Source: Malacoraja senta
Lineage: Eukaryota
Length of the DNA stretch: 64,000 nt
Reading direction: 5' to 3'
Assembly (NCBI GenBank): GCA_038087875.1
Contig: CM075984.1
Coordinates: forward strand, 3,100,001 to 3,164,000
The notes under the pieces were generated by a model. That model saw only the letters and a list, made by a program, of their open reading frames with translations. It ran no database searches and was not told the DNA's origin. This document shows positions 1 to 13,374 of the stretch, piece after piece. The first letter of the stretch is position 1. Every line of letters begins with the position of its first letter. Both the position numbers and the translations under genes were made by a program.

Positions 1-223
1 GAGAGGATGATGTTTTGGCACCAGGTTGTGAGGTTTCTCAATCTCCTTCCTGTATTCCGTCTCATCATTATTTGGAATGGTGCCCACTATGGTGGTGTCG
101 TCTGCAAACTTGTAAATTGTGCTAGGTTGATACTTGGTTGCACAGTCATGAGTGTATAAGGAGTATAGTCGGGGGCTGAGAATACATCCTTGTGGGGCAC
201 CAGTGTTGAGGATTATCGTAGAG

Positions 224-1088
224 CAGGGGTCGGCAACCTATGCCCATGGTCCAGATCCGGCCCGTAACCCAAAATCAACCGGCCCGCAGGCGTATTTTTA
301 TCTGTCAATTAGTTTTTTCAACCTGGGAACTGTAGCCAGTCTCGGGGACGTGAGCCGATGTGGGAACTGCAACCAGTCCCGGGGCACGCTGGTGACCTGG
401 GAACTGTAGCCAGTCCCGGGTACGTGAGCTGATGTGGGAACTGCAGCCAGTCCCGGGGACGTGAGCTGATGTGGGAACTGTAGCCAGTCCCGGGGACGTG
501 AGCCGATGTGGGAACTGTAGCCAGTCCCGGGGACGTGAGCCGATGTGGGAACTGTAGCCAGTCCCGGGGACGTAAGCCGATGTGGGAACTGTAGCCAGTC
601 CCGGGGACGTGAGGCGATGTGGGAACTGCAGCCAGTCCCGGGGCACGTTGGTGACCTGGGCGCTACAGCCAGTCCTGGGGACGCGAGCCGATGTGGGAAC
701 TGCAGCCAGTCCCGGGGCACGCTGGTGACCTGGGCGCTACAGCCAGTCCTGGGGACGTGAGCCGATGTGGGAACTGCAGCCAGTCCTGGGGCACGCTGGT
801 GACCTGGGCGCTACAGCCAGTCCTGGGGACGTGAGCCGATGTGGGAACTGCAGCCAGTCCCGGGGCACGTTGGTGACCTGGGCGCTACAGCCAGTCCCGG
901 GATAAACGAGCCGATCTGAGAACTGCAGCCAATCCCGGGGACGGAAGGGACCTGGGAATTGCGGAAAACGAATTGAAAAACATGTGAAAACTAACACCAA
1001 GTGTCACACTATGGTGATAGATGTGGCCCGCCATCCGCTCACAGACATGGGCCCTGGCCCCTATGCAGAACAAGGTTGCCGACTCCTG
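224..1088. mobile_element. hAT (Charlie-like) MITE carrying a minisatellite
   Basis: TIR CAGGGGTCGGCAACCT / AGGTTGCCGACTCCTG; 8-bp TSD TCGTAGAG/TCATAGAG. Confidence 0.85.
323..958. repeat. 37-bp minisatellite, ~17 units
   Basis: Unit TGGGAACTGTAGCCAGTCCCGGGGACGTGAGCCGATG, with variants ending GCACGCTGGTGACC or starting TGGGCGCTAC. Confidence 0.92.
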
Positions 1089-1233
1089 TCATAGAGGATG
1101 ATTTGTCACGTATCCTCGCTGATTAGGGTCTGTGGGTCAGTAAACCAAGGATCCAGTTAAAGGGGGGAGTGCTGATTCCATGTTCCACGAGTTTGGAGAT
1201 GAGCATGGTTGAGATAAAGGTATTGAAAGCTGA

Positions 1234-2932
1234 CTCACGCAGCTCCGGGCCTCATTCAACCACACCTGCAATTCTAAAAACAAACACTGAATTAATTTCC
1301 ACATACCTCAACTCCATCCTATTCCCCCTGGTCCAATCCCTCCCTACCTATGTCCAAGACACCTTACACGTCCTTCGTCTCTTCAATGATTTACCTTTTC
1401 CAGGCCCCCACTCCCACATCTTTACTATGGATGTTCAGTCACTCTACACCACCATCCCCCACCAGGAAGGTCTTAAAGCCCTCCGTTTCTTCCTCGACTA
1501 CAGAACCAGCCAATTTCCGTCTACTAACACTCTACTCCGCCTCGCAGAGCTGGTCCTTACCCTTAACAACTTCTGCTTCGATTCCTCCCACTTTCTCCAA
1601 ATCCAAGGTGTAGCTATGGGCACTCGCATGGGCCCCAGCTATGCCTGCCTCTTTGTAGGGTACGTCGAACAATCCCTGTTCCAGGCGTACACTGGCCCTA
1701 TCCCTGAAATCTACCTCCGCTACATTGACAACTGCATTGGTGCTGCCTCCTGCACCCATGCAGAACTCATGACTTCATTAACTTCACAACTAATTTCCAT
1801 CCTGCGCTTAAATTCACTTGGACCATCTCAGACATTTCCCTACCGTTTCGAGATCTCACCATCTCCATCACAGGAGACAGACTATTGACTGACATCTATT
1901 ATAAACCCACTGACTCCCATAGCTATTGAGATTACACTTCTTCCCAACCAGCTTCCTGTAAATACTCTATCTCCTACTCCCAATTTATCTGTCTATGGTG
2001 CATCTGTGCCCAAGGTGAGGTGTTCCATACCAGGGCATCGGAGATGTCCTCATTCTTTAGGGAACAGGGGTTCTCTGCCATTATAGATGAGGCTCTCACT
2101 AGGGTCTCTTCGATATCCCGCAGCTCCGCTCTTACTCCCCCTCCCCCCATTCATAACAAAGACAGAGTCCCCCTTGTCCTCAATTCCACCCCATCAGCTG
2201 TCGCATACAGCACATAATCCTCCAACATTTTTGCCACTACTAGCCACATCTTCCCATCTCCACCCCTTTTTGCTTTCCACAGAGACCATTCCCCCCGCAA
2301 CTCCCTGGTCAACTCCTCCCTTCCCACCCAAACAACCCCCTCCCCAGGTACTTTCTCCTGCAGCTGCAGGAGATGCAACACCTGTCCCTATATCTCCCTC
2401 CTCGATTCCATCCAAGGACCCCGACTCTTTTCAGGTAAGGCAGAGGTTCACTTGCACCTCCTCCAACCTCATCTACTGTATCCGCTGTTCCAGGTGTGGA
2501 CTCCTGTATATCGGCGAGACCAAGCACAGGCTCGGCGATCATTTTACTGAACACCTCCGCTCAGTCCGCCTAAATCTACCTGCTCCCGGTTGCTCTTTTT
2601 AACTCCCCCTCCCATTCTCACATTGACCTTTCTGTCCTGGGCCCCCTCCACTGTCAGAGTGAGGCCCAGCGCAAATAGGAGATACAGCACCTCATATTTC
2701 TCTTGGGTAACTTACACCCCAGCGGTATGAACATTGACTTCTCTAACTTCAAGTAGCCCTTGCTTTCCCTCTCTCTCCACTCCTCCCCCTTCCCAGTCTT
2801 GCATTTTATCTCTGTACCGCCCACTCCCCTGACATTAGTCTGAAGAAGAGTCTCAACCCGAAAAGACACCCAATCCTTCTCTCCAGAGATGCTGCCTGTC
2901 CCGCTGAGTAACTCCAGCATTTGTGCCTACCT
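1234..2932 (+). mobile_element. Penelope-like element (RT + GIY-YIG endonuclease + pLTR), 5'-truncated and frameshifted
   Basis: FTMDVQSLYT, QGVAMGTRMGP and YLRYID RT motifs; Cys-rich linker; NLIYCIRCSRCGLLYIGET; 13-bp TSD TATTGWAAGCTGA. Confidence 0.88.
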
Positions 2933-4394
2933 TATTGTAAGCTGAGCTGTAGTCTATGAATAGGAGCCTGAAGTAGGCTTCCTTCTTATCCAGGTGTTCC
3001 AGGGATGAGTGTAGGGCTCGGGAGATGGCATCAGCAGTGGACCTGTTGTGGTCATAGGCAAACTGCAGTGGGTTAAGGCCGCTTGGTAGACTGGATATAA
3101 CGTGCGCCATAACCAGCCTCTCAAAGCACTTCATCATGGTGGAAGTCAAGACCACTGGACAGTAGACATTAAGGCAGGAGAACTTGCTTTTCTTTGGCAC
3201 CGGGATGATCTTGTTCTTCTCGAAGCAGGTGGATGCCTCAGAACAGAGTAGGGAGAGGTTAAAGATGTTGCGAACACTCCCGCTAGTTGGTCCGTGCAGT
3301 TCTTAAGGACTTGGCCAGAGACTCTGTCTGGGCCAGTTGCTTTCCATGGCTCCACCCTCAGGAAGGCCCATCTAACTTCTGCAACAGTGACCCTGGGAAG
3401 AGGCTCATTTGAGTCTGACGGGACCAGACGTCATCACCCTGTTTGCCTTCTGCCCAAAGCAAGCATGGAATGCATTATGTTCATCAGGAGCGTTGCACTA
3501 TCACCAGCGATGCTGTCTGACTTCACTTTGCAGACATTTATAGTATTCAGGGCTTGCCAAGTGGGCGGGCGGGAGGGTGTGTGAGTGATTATACTGGGAC
3601 TCAGGATTTTCCTGGTATTGATGTGTACCTGAAACCCATGGAACTATTTTTTTCTGTATGCAACCATCATAATGTGTTTTCTTTAGAAATGAATGACTTT
3701 GTTTACAGAAGAAAGCTGGGGTGTACTATTTCTCTTTATTCTTTGTAGATCAATTCTGCAGGAACCAAATGTAAAAATTCAAAGGCAAAAGTCACAAGTT
3801 TTTATCTGCTGGTCATGTCCTCTTCAGCACAAAGCTACGTGGACATCATTTTACATCATGTTGCTTTACTTAAACCATGCTTTCATTTTGTTAGAATTAT
3901 ATTCAAGAAATCCAGTGCACCAGTGCAGTGCAGTCCAGTGCAGTGCATGTTGAAGATAGAAACTGAAAACACAAAGAATGATGTTGAACTATGGAGGGGA
4001 GAAAATAATCTGGGATTCATTAACTCAGCACTTAATTCATTAAAAAAATTACCAGGCAAGATTCTGAAATACACATATAAAAATCGAAGCTTTCGTGCAT
4101 TCAGTTTTGATTCCTCATGAAAACAGATCAAATTGCCCTGGTATGTGATGGGTGAAAATGAGGCAAAATGTGACCCTTTCTATCTCGAGAAAAACTTTTT
4201 ACGACACTAAATAGCAGAAGAACTTATTCTGGAGCAACATTTTGGGTCAAACTGCAGCTGCTAGACAACAGAACATAAATGCAAACTGCGAAAAGGCAAG
4301 TTAGGATGTGTATCTTGAAGCAATTCTGTATATAAAGAATAAGATTATAATCTAAAGAGCAGAGCAAAAATCTCTGTAATGATGTAAAAGGGAA

Positions 4395-4589
4395 GGATGA
4401 AGGTCTCGACCCGAAACGTCACCTATTCCTTCGCTCCATTGATGCTGCCTCACCCGCTGAGTTTCTCCAGCATTTTTGTCTACCTTCGCATCAGTCTCAA
4501 GAAGGGTCTTGACCCGAAATATCACCTATTCCTTTGCTCCGTAGATGCTGCCTCACCCACTGAGTTTCTCCAGCATTTTTGTCTACCTT
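4395..4589 (+). mobile_element. Tandem dimer of PLE pLTR fragments with decayed hammerhead motifs
   Basis: Two ~95-nt direct copies; TSD TAAAAGGGAA. Confidence 0.75.
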
Positions 4590-5067
4590 TAAAAGGGAAT
4601 TGAATGTTTCAATGCAGATCTCAATGGAATAGTTAGATGAGATGAGCAGTCCCCTTCATTTGTGTTAACTATTGTAATCTTTGATAGATAGGAAAGGACC
4701 ATGTATAGTTGTTGACAGAGCTCTGGTTTCATTTCTTGGAACTATTTAGTTATACCCACCAAAGCTTGAAATGCTGAGCTCCCTATTGGCAAAAAGTACT
4801 CAATTCTGCTGTTCAGCACCAGATACATTTAACTGCGGCAAAGTTTGTTGCACAAAGTGAAAAATATGTTTGTGAAATGAGTTAGCTAGTCTTATTTCTT
4901 GTGGTGTTAAGTCATGTTCTGTTTGGGATGATGTTGCACCTGCTTCTTTCAAACATGTGTCATTGGCGATTTATTGTTGGTGACTTACCTGCTTGTGCCA
5001 CATTTAAGGCGAGCACCCATTTGATTATATAAAAACACTTTGCAAGCACTGAATTGCCAGATTTATT

Positions 5068-5231
5068 TGTTTAAGAAGGAACTGCAGATGCTGGAAAATC
5101 GAAGGTAGACAAAAGTGCTGGAGAAACTCAGCAGCTGAGGCAGCATCTATGGAGCGAAGGAAATAGGCAACGTTGGTTTCGGCCCGAAACGTTGCCTATA
5201 TCCTTCACTCCACAGATGCTGCCTCACTCTA
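5068..5231 (-). mobile_element. PLE pLTR fold-back insertion (subfamily 2)
   Basis: Inverted arms; TSD TGCCAGATTTATT at 5055 and 5232. Confidence 0.8.
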
Positions 5232-5275
5232 TGCCAGATTTATTGTTTTGGATGACATTCTATGTTTATGTTTAG

Positions 5276-5397
5276 GGTATGCGCATTGCTCCGACAAAGG
5301 CTCAGTTTCTTGAGCAATTGGAATCTGCACGAAGGGAAGCAAAGAAATCCTTCAATGATGATATTATGTTGCTCGAAAAATTTGTGGACAATCCAAG
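5276..5397 (+). CDS. MCCC1: MCCC1 coding exon (~exon 7), biotin carboxylase domain
   Basis: tttag|GGT...CCAAG|gtatgt; 122 nt; [41 protein letters not shown]. Confidence 0.95.
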
Positions 5398-5566
5398 GTA
5401 TGTGACTACTGTTGTGAAATTATAGTTTTTTTATCACCTATTTAATTAAATTTCAGAATTTTGCATGGCATAATATCCAGTACTGTGCAAGTTGGTCATT
5501 TTAAAAGTAATTCATAATTGCCATTCTTGTATTAAAAAATAACTTGTTTGCAAAATGCAGCAATAA

Positions 5567-5803
<237 letters not shown>

Positions 5804-6496
5804 TGAAAATTTCTGTCTAAGTTGTTAACAAGTCACTGGCTGGAGCAACTGATAAATTGCATTGAATTTTTTCGTCAGAATTCAATTCAAAATCAACCAA
5901 ACCAATGCAAAAATGTTGTTAGATTTTAAGCACACGTTATATTGAATGGAAATAATGTTTCTGGAATCTTTCACACTGAACAATATGGCCCAGTGTGTGG
6001 ACCTAACCAATCCTCAACTGAGAGCTTCCACTAATCACACTCCTTTGCAGACTTTCGAGGAGGCTCTTAAAGTTCAGCTTTGTTTTAGGTATTTCAAATG
6101 GTTTAATATATGGATAACTCTACAAGAGTAAAACTAAATCATTCTAGACATAGATATTTTCAGTTAAGTAGAAATGGGTTATATATTGCGATCCAGGCAA
6201 CGAGTTGACAATTTCTTTGCAATCTGGTTCACAAGTCTGCTCAAATTCTGCTGTTATTATTCAAACTGCACCAAGTTATCACTTAAATATATCAAGGAAT
6301 ATTTTTAAATTTTATATCATATTGCACCAGCTTATGCCAGACATTATGTTCAACAAGATGCTTTGGAGAGTCCAGAAACTTGATGGGAAACCACATTTGG
6401 AGTATTGTGTGCAGATCTGGTCGCTCTGCTGTAGGAAGAATGTCATTAAGCTGGAAAGGGTCCAGAAAAGATTCATCAGGATGTTACCAGAATTAT

Positions 6497-7365
6497 AGTT
6501 GTCAAGTCCATTATATTTCTATAGCACATTTAAAAACAACTCTCGTTGACCAAAATGCTTTACATCAGTGCAGGTACTAATGTGCTAAATACAATGGTAC
6601 ATAGATCTAACAATACATACAGAAATACATACATACAGCGCTCCCTCAGAGGACCGCAAGAAATGCTTGTGAGTAGAAATAAGTTTTAAGTCGACTTAAA
6701 GGAGTCAATGGAGGGGGCAGTTCTGATGAGAAGAGGGATGATATTCCACAGTCTAGGTGCTGCAACCGCAAAAGCGCGGTCGCCCCTGAGCTTATGCCTA
6801 GACCGCGGGATAGTCGGTAGCCCCGAGTCGGCCGACCTGAGGCACTTGGAGGTAGAATGGTGGGTTAGCAGATTTTGGATGTAGGTGGGGGCATTGTATA
6901 CATAAAGGAGGAGCTTGAAATTGATTCTGTACCGCACAGGGAGCCAGTGGAGAGAGGCCAGAATCGGGGTGATGTGGTCCCTTTTATGGGTGCCCGTCAG
7001 AAGTCTCGCTGCGGCGTTTTGGACCAATTGCAGGCGGGACAGGGATGTTTGGCTGATGCCAGTGTAAAGGGAGTTGCAGTAATCAAGGCGGGAGGAGATA
7101 AATGCGTGGATGACTTTTTCAAGGTCGTCGAATTGGAGGAATGGTTTGATTTTAGCTATCGTGCGAAGCTGAAAGAAGCTAGCTTTTACCACAGCATTGA
7201 CTTGTTTGTCAAACTTCAAACTTCAATGTGGAGTCAAATATCACACCAAGGTTTTTGACGTGAGGTTTGAGTAATGGGGTAAGGCTTCCAAGGCTGCCTG
7301 CTATCGTTTTGATGGAGTTCGAGGGGCCGAGTAGGATGACCTCAGACTTACTCTCGTTTAGTTGG
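6497..7365 (-). mobile_element. L2-clade LINE 3' fragment inside a CR1 relic
   Basis: IHAFISSRLDYCNSL, LQLVQNAAARLL and HITPILASLHWLPV motifs. Confidence 0.85.
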
Positions 7366-8074
7366 GCTTGAGTTACCATGAGAGGATTAGATAGGTGAAT
7401 GGTGACATTCATTTTTCCCTGGGTAAAAGAGTAGAACAACAAGGCAAAGGTTTAAGGTGAGAGGGAAAAGAGGGCAGTGCATGTTGTGACCTTCGATGCG
7501 AGTCACTCAGAGGCTGAAGCTGGTTGATATAAAAGCATTTCTTCATCTAGAAAAACAGGCATTCTCTTGGACACTCTCTGGGTAGAATATCCAAACTCAA
7601 AGTTCATTGAGTATATGTTTTAAATACAAAGGCAATAGTAAACGATTAACTACAGTTTCATTGGCACACAAAGACAACAATAAATGATTGACTACAGTTT
7701 CAATGGATATAATTAGCATTTAACATTCAAGGGCTATAATTGTTTTAACATTTTGAATGCAGACAAATAACTTTGCAGAATTACATATTTACAATGAGAA
7801 CATATTGTGGCTGACACAACACATCAGAGCATTCAAACACCTTTGCTGGGGCAGTAATTCAACTGGATGGTATAAAAGCTTTTGGACAGACAACACAGAT
7901 GCCCAAACTTAGCATTGCGAGGACTGACTCTTGAGTACACAAATACCCCAATTATTAATAGAGACAAATATGCCTGTGACCATGCTTGATGTATCAAGTG
8001 ACAAATACATCAGGTCTGGAAGCTTTCGTCATCTCTATCACTTTCAAGTAAAATAACTTAAGCTGAAGATTCAA

Positions 8075-9312
8075 AAGGGCACAAAGTACTGGAGTAACTC
8101 TCCGACACCTCCCTCCCCTTTCTTGATCTCACCATCTCCATCACAGGAGATAGACTATCGACTGACGTCTATTACAAACCCACTGACTCCCACAACTATC
8201 TCGACCACACTTCTTCCCACCCTGCTTCCTGCAAAAACACTATCTCCTACTCCCAATTCCTCCATCTAAGCCGCACCTGCGCCAAGATGAGGTGTTCCAT
8301 ACCAGGACATGCGAGATGTCCTCATTCTTTAGGGAACGAGGGTTCCCCTCTTCCATCATGGATGAGTCTCCTCCCTTGCAGCTCCACCCTTGCTCCCCCT
8401 TCCCCTAGTCGCAACAAGGACAGAGTCCCCCTAGTCCTTGCCTTTCACCCCATCAGCCGTCATGTACAGCACATAATCCTCCCACATTTTCGCCACCTCT
8501 AATGGAATCCCACCACGAGGCACATCTTCCCATCTCCACCCCTTTCCGCCTTCCACAGAGACCGTTCCCTCCGCAACTCCCTGGTTAACTCATCCCTTCC
8601 CATCCAAACCACCCCCATCCCCAGGTACCTTCCCCTGAAACCGCAGGAGATGCAACACCTGTCCCTACACCTCCTCCCTCGACTCTGTCCAGGGACCCCG
8701 ACATTCCTTTTAGATTAGGCACTTGCTCCTCCTCCAACCTCATCTACTGTATCCGTTGTTCAAGATGTGGAATCTTATACATCGGCGATCCAAATGTAAA
8801 CTGGACGATCGTTTCGCTGAACACCTTCGTTCAGTCAGCCTGGACCTACCTGATCTCCCGGATGCCGAACACTAATTCCCCTTCCCATTCCCAAACTGAC
8901 CTCTCTGTCCTAAGCCTCCATTGTCAGTGATGAAAAATGCAAATTGGAGGAACAGCCTCAAATTTCGCTCGGGCAGCTTCCAACCCAGTGGTATGAATAT
9001 TGATTTCTCCAACTTCAAGAAACCCCTGCAATCCCTCTCTCTCCAACCCTCCCCCACCCAAGTTCCACCAGCTCTTTCTCACCAACAAACATCTAACAAT
9101 TGCCTTTATCATTGTTACTTTTTTGCATATCTTTCATTCATTGTCTATATCTCTCGTTTCCCCTTCCCGTGACTTTCAGTCTGAAGAAGGGTCTTGACCC
9201 GAAACATCACACATTCCTTTTCTCCAGAGATGCTGCCTGACCCGCTGAGTTACTCCAGCTTTTGTGTCTATCTTCAGTTTAAACCAGCATCTGCAGTTCC
9301 TTCCAACACATT
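8075..9312 (+). mobile_element. 5'-truncated PLE with complete pLTR end and a short inverted pLTR piece at its 5' junction
   Basis: Similar to 1850-2930; hammerhead core at 9181-9208; inverted CACAAAGTACTGGAGTAACTC ending at 8100. Confidence 0.8.
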
Positions 9313-9364
9313 TTAAAAAATGGTTCCTGTTTTGAATAATCGGCTGTTACTTCCAAATAATCTT

Positions 9365-9700
9365 ATAGAGTCATCGAGTGATACAGTGTGGAAACAGGCC
9401 CTTCGGCTCAACGAGCCCACACCGGCCAACACTGTCCCAGTTACACTAGTCCCACTTGCCTGCACTTGGCCCATTTCCCTCCAAACCTGTCCTCTCATAC
9501 ATGTTTAACTGTTTCTTAAACAATGGGATAGTCCCAGCTTCAACTACCTCCTCTGGCAGCGTGTTCCATACACCCACACCCTTTATGTGAAAAAGTTACC
9601 CCTCAGATTCCTATTCAATTTTTTCCCTTTCACCTTGAACCTATGTCCTCTGGTCCTCGATTCCCCTACTCTGGGCAAGAGACTGTGCATTTACGCGATC
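9365..9700 (-). mobile_element. HER1/CR1 LINE 3' end
   Basis: The same 3' UTR recurs at ~39540, ~44770, ~54200 and ~61540. Confidence 0.7.
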
Positions 9701-9769
9701 TAATCAGGCCGTGGAGATTTATCTGCCTTCATACACGACAGTACCTTCAGTACTTCTTGGACGGTAACA

Positions 9770-12400
9770 CTGACTGCATTCTAGACACTTCCATTGACTG
9801 CCCCCAAATTCCTACATCCTCCTGTCTTTCTCTTCAGTAAATACAGAGCAGAAATACTCATTTAGGACCTTGCCCATTTCCTGTGGCTCCACACAGAGGT
9901 GACCGCTTTGATTCCTGAGAAGTCTCACTCTCTCTCTAGTTACCCTTTTCCCCCCCCTTATGTATTTATAACATCTTTTGGGATTGTCCTTAATGCTACC
10001 CGCCAGAGCTATCTCCTGGACCCTTTTTGCCCTTCTGATCTCCTTTTTCAGTTTACGCCTTAATTCCCGAAACTCCTCCAGGGATGCACTTGATCCCAGC
10101 TGCCTACACCTGTCCCATGCATCCTTCTTGTTTTTGACCAACACCTCAATTTCCCTCGTCATCCTTCGTTTGCCTGCTTTGCCCTTCACTCTAACGCGGA
10201 CGTACATATCCTGAGCTTTCATCAGCACACTTTTATACATTCCACTTGGCTGATGTTCCTTTTCCCTCAAATAACCTGCTCCAGTCAACTTGAGCGAGAC
10301 ATCCTCTCATACCCTCAAAGTTGGCCTCACCCCCGTTGAGCATTTTAGCACGTGGACCCGCTCTGTCCTGATCCATAACTATCTTAAACCTAACTGTGGT
10401 CACTGGTCGCAAATGGCTCCTGCACGAACACTTCATTAACTTGCCCTTCCCAATTTCCCAATACTAGATCCAGCATTGCCTTCTCACGTGTAGGGGCCTC
10501 CACATACTGCTTAAGTAAACTCTCTTGAACACTTTTGAGAAATTGCACCCCATTTAAACCCTTCACGCTATGATTTTCCCATTCAATATTGGGAAAGTTA
10601 AAATCCCCGACTACAATAACCTGATTTGACCTGCAGCTGTCTGCAATCTCCTGGCACATTTCTTCTTCTAATTCCCGTTGACTATTCGAGGGTCTGTAGT
10701 ACACCCCCAACAAGGTGATCATCCCTTTCTTGTTCCTCAGCCCCAGACGAACCATCCGTAATGTCATATCTGAACACAGCCGTGACATCCTCCTTAACCA
10801 ACAATGCAACCCCCCCTGTTCTTTTTCCCTCGCCCCTGTCTCTCCTGAAGCTCCTGTACCCCGGAACATTGAGCTACCAGTCCTGCCCCTCCCTTAACCA
10901 TGTTCCAGTCATGGCTACAACGTCCCAGTTGCTCGTACCTATCCATGCCCTAAGCTCATCTGCCTTACCCATCAGGCCCCTTGCATTAAAATACGTGCAG
11001 TTCAAACCAGCCTCCTTCCTCGCTCTCTGCCTTTCACCTGCCTATTCTGTCCATTAACCTTTCCCACGCCACCCTCCATACCAACTTCTAGCCTCTCACG
11101 TGCCTCTGTCCTGCACGAGATCCCACCCCCCTGCCAACCTAGTTTAAACCGTCCCGTGTAGCATTAGCAAACCTGCCCGCTAGGATGTTGGTCCCCTCCA
11201 GTTTAGATGCAATCCGTCCCTTTTATACAGGTCACCCCTGCCCCGGAAGAGATCCCAATGATCCAAAAATCTGAATCCCTGCCCCCTGCTAATTCCTCAG
11301 CCACACATTAATTTCCTCTATCTTCCTATTCTTACCTTCACTAGCACGAGGTACTGGAAGCAATTCTGAGATCACTACCCTGCAGGTCCTGCTTTTCAGT
11401 CTTTTACCCAATTTCGTAAATTCTTGTTGCAGAACCTCCTTCCTCTTCCGACCTATATCATTCATGCCAACATGCACACCAATCTCTGGCTGCTCACCCT
11501 CACTCTTGAGGATATCGTGCAGCCGCTCCGACCCTGGCACCAGGGAGGCAACACACCATCCTGGAGTCTCGCATGCTGCCGCAGAATCTCCTGTCCGCAC
11601 CTCTGCCTATCTCTGACTTAGAATAAGTCTGACTTAGAATAAAGGGGAAGCCATTTAAGACTGAGGTGAGAAAAAACGTTTTCACCCAGAAAGTTGTGAA
11701 TTTGTGGAATTCCCTGCCACAGAGGGCAGTGGAGGCCAATTCACTGGATGGATTTAAGAGAGAGTTAGATAGAGCTCTCGGGGCCAGTGGAATCAAGGGA
11801 TATGGGGATATCAAAGGTTATTGATTGGGGACGATCAGCCATGATCACAATGAATGGCGGTGCTGGCTCGAAGGGCTGAATGGCCTCCTCCTGCACCTAT
11901 TTTCTATGTTTCTATCGAGTCCCCCACCACTATGGTTCTGCCTGACGTCACTCTTCCCTGTTGAGCCACGGCACCATGGTTGGAATCACAGCCCTGGCTG
12001 CCACTCAATCTTGTCCTGTCGTCTGCTCCGACAGCTCCCAAGAGGGTGTACCTGTTTTCAATAGGTACAGCCACTGGGAGCTCCTGCATTCCATGTTTAC
12101 TTCTCTTCCTCGTTGTCACCCACCTTTGCTCTTCCTGTATCCTCGGTGTGACAACCTCACTGTAGGTCCCGTCTAGGAAACTCTCCATTTCCCGGACAAT
12201 CCTGAGATCATCTAGTTCCTTCAGGAGCTGCACCTGGACACAATTTCCACAGGTGTAGTTGTCAGAGGCACCAGCAGTGTCCCTGACTTCCCATATCCTA
12301 CAAGAGAGACACTGTAACAACTTGCCCGCCATTACTTCAGTGGACAATATCACAAATGACAAATGAGACCACTCAGAGTTGAGTGAAACCTATTCCCTTC
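9770..12400 (-). mobile_element. CR1 LINE 5' half: ORF1 (Zn finger + SGNH esterase) and APE endonuclease; interrupted by a + strand CR1 3' end (~11615-11914)
   Basis: CLSC...CGNC, IVVGDSI, GMNDIG; GVYYRP, VGDFNFPNIEW, LDLVL, SDH. Confidence 0.82.
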
Positions 12401-13091
12401 TGCACTGTCGTAAGTCACAAGTTTAAATATCGGACACACACAGTGTAACCTCCTTGGCTCAGCCACCTTACCAATGACTCTTGAGCCAAAGACTCACACT
12501 CTATCTCCCAAGGCACTTCACCTTAACAAACCCACTACCCTAGACCGTGCCCTACTGTTATTTGCTGATCAATTAACTAATTTACTAACTTACTAATTTA
12601 GATTTGGCAGCCAATCCCCACACTTGCTCCTTGAATTGCATTCCTCTGCCAACCTTGAAGGTAAGAGTTGCAGGCTGGCCCTGACTGGTTTTTAAATGTC
12701 CCGCACTGAAAAACCTCACCAAGGGTTTACCTTTCTGCAGCCAATTCTCCCACTCACTCCTTCAACTGCCGCTCCCCGGCCGACCTTGAAGATAGCCGCT
12801 GATTAATCCCTAACAGTGCAGTTATGAAATGAGTTGCCAGAGGGAGCTGTAGAGGCAGGTACAATGACACCATTTAAAGGACATTTAGACAGGTATGTCG
12901 ATAAGATGGGGTTAGAGGGTGTATGGGCTGAATGTAGGCAGATGGGTTTAGCTCCGCTATAAAACTTGGCTAGCACAGATGGGTTTGCAAAACTGCAGTA
13001 AATTTGAATTCTACTTTGGCTCAACTCATAGTCTACAAAGCAGAAACTCCATCTAACGATATTCTTCATTTTTAAAGCGTTTTAAAGCATT

Positions 13092-13225
13092 GTGTAGGAA
13101 GGAACTGCAGATGCTGGTTTAAACTGAAGATAGACACACAAAGCTGGAGTAACTCAGCAGATTAGGCAGCATATCTGGAGTAAAGGAATAGGTAACGTTT
13201 TGGGTCAAGAACCTTCTTCAGCGCA
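13092..13225 (-). mobile_element. Solo PLE pLTR
   Basis: TSD TTAAAGCATT; decayed hammerhead motif. Confidence 0.75.
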
Positions 13226-13374
13226 TTAAAGCATTATGATTGTAATCCGTTTACAATTTTTTTCCTATGTGACATTTTACAATCCTTTACAGATTCAGTA
13301 AGCATTCCTTTTCCTCCCATTGGATGGGATTCTGGAACTAGACACAGACCTCAAGTATGCAATCCCCTCTGTTT

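Larger units (their letters stand above)
1..3570 (-). mobile_element. Rex1/Babar LINE RT relic, split by two insertions (pieces 1-223, 1089-1233, 2933-~3570)
   Basis: Minus-strand motifs MKCFERLV, LQFAY, LLFIDYSSA(F/Y)N, TGAPQGC, YTHDC and KFADDTTIVG are collinear across the pieces. Confidence 0.8.

Noticed and set aside
323-958. 37-bp array as a CRISPR array or as repeat-protein ORFs (298-720, 305-646, etc.)
   Set aside because: Units are contiguous with no unique spacers, there are no cas genes, and the context is eukaryotic; the ORFs are by-products of a stop-poor repeat inside a MITE
1169-2602. Intact or domesticated RT/GIY-YIG gene
   Set aside because: 5'-truncated and frameshifted, with the catalytic YIDD changed to YIDN; an ordinary decayed PLE
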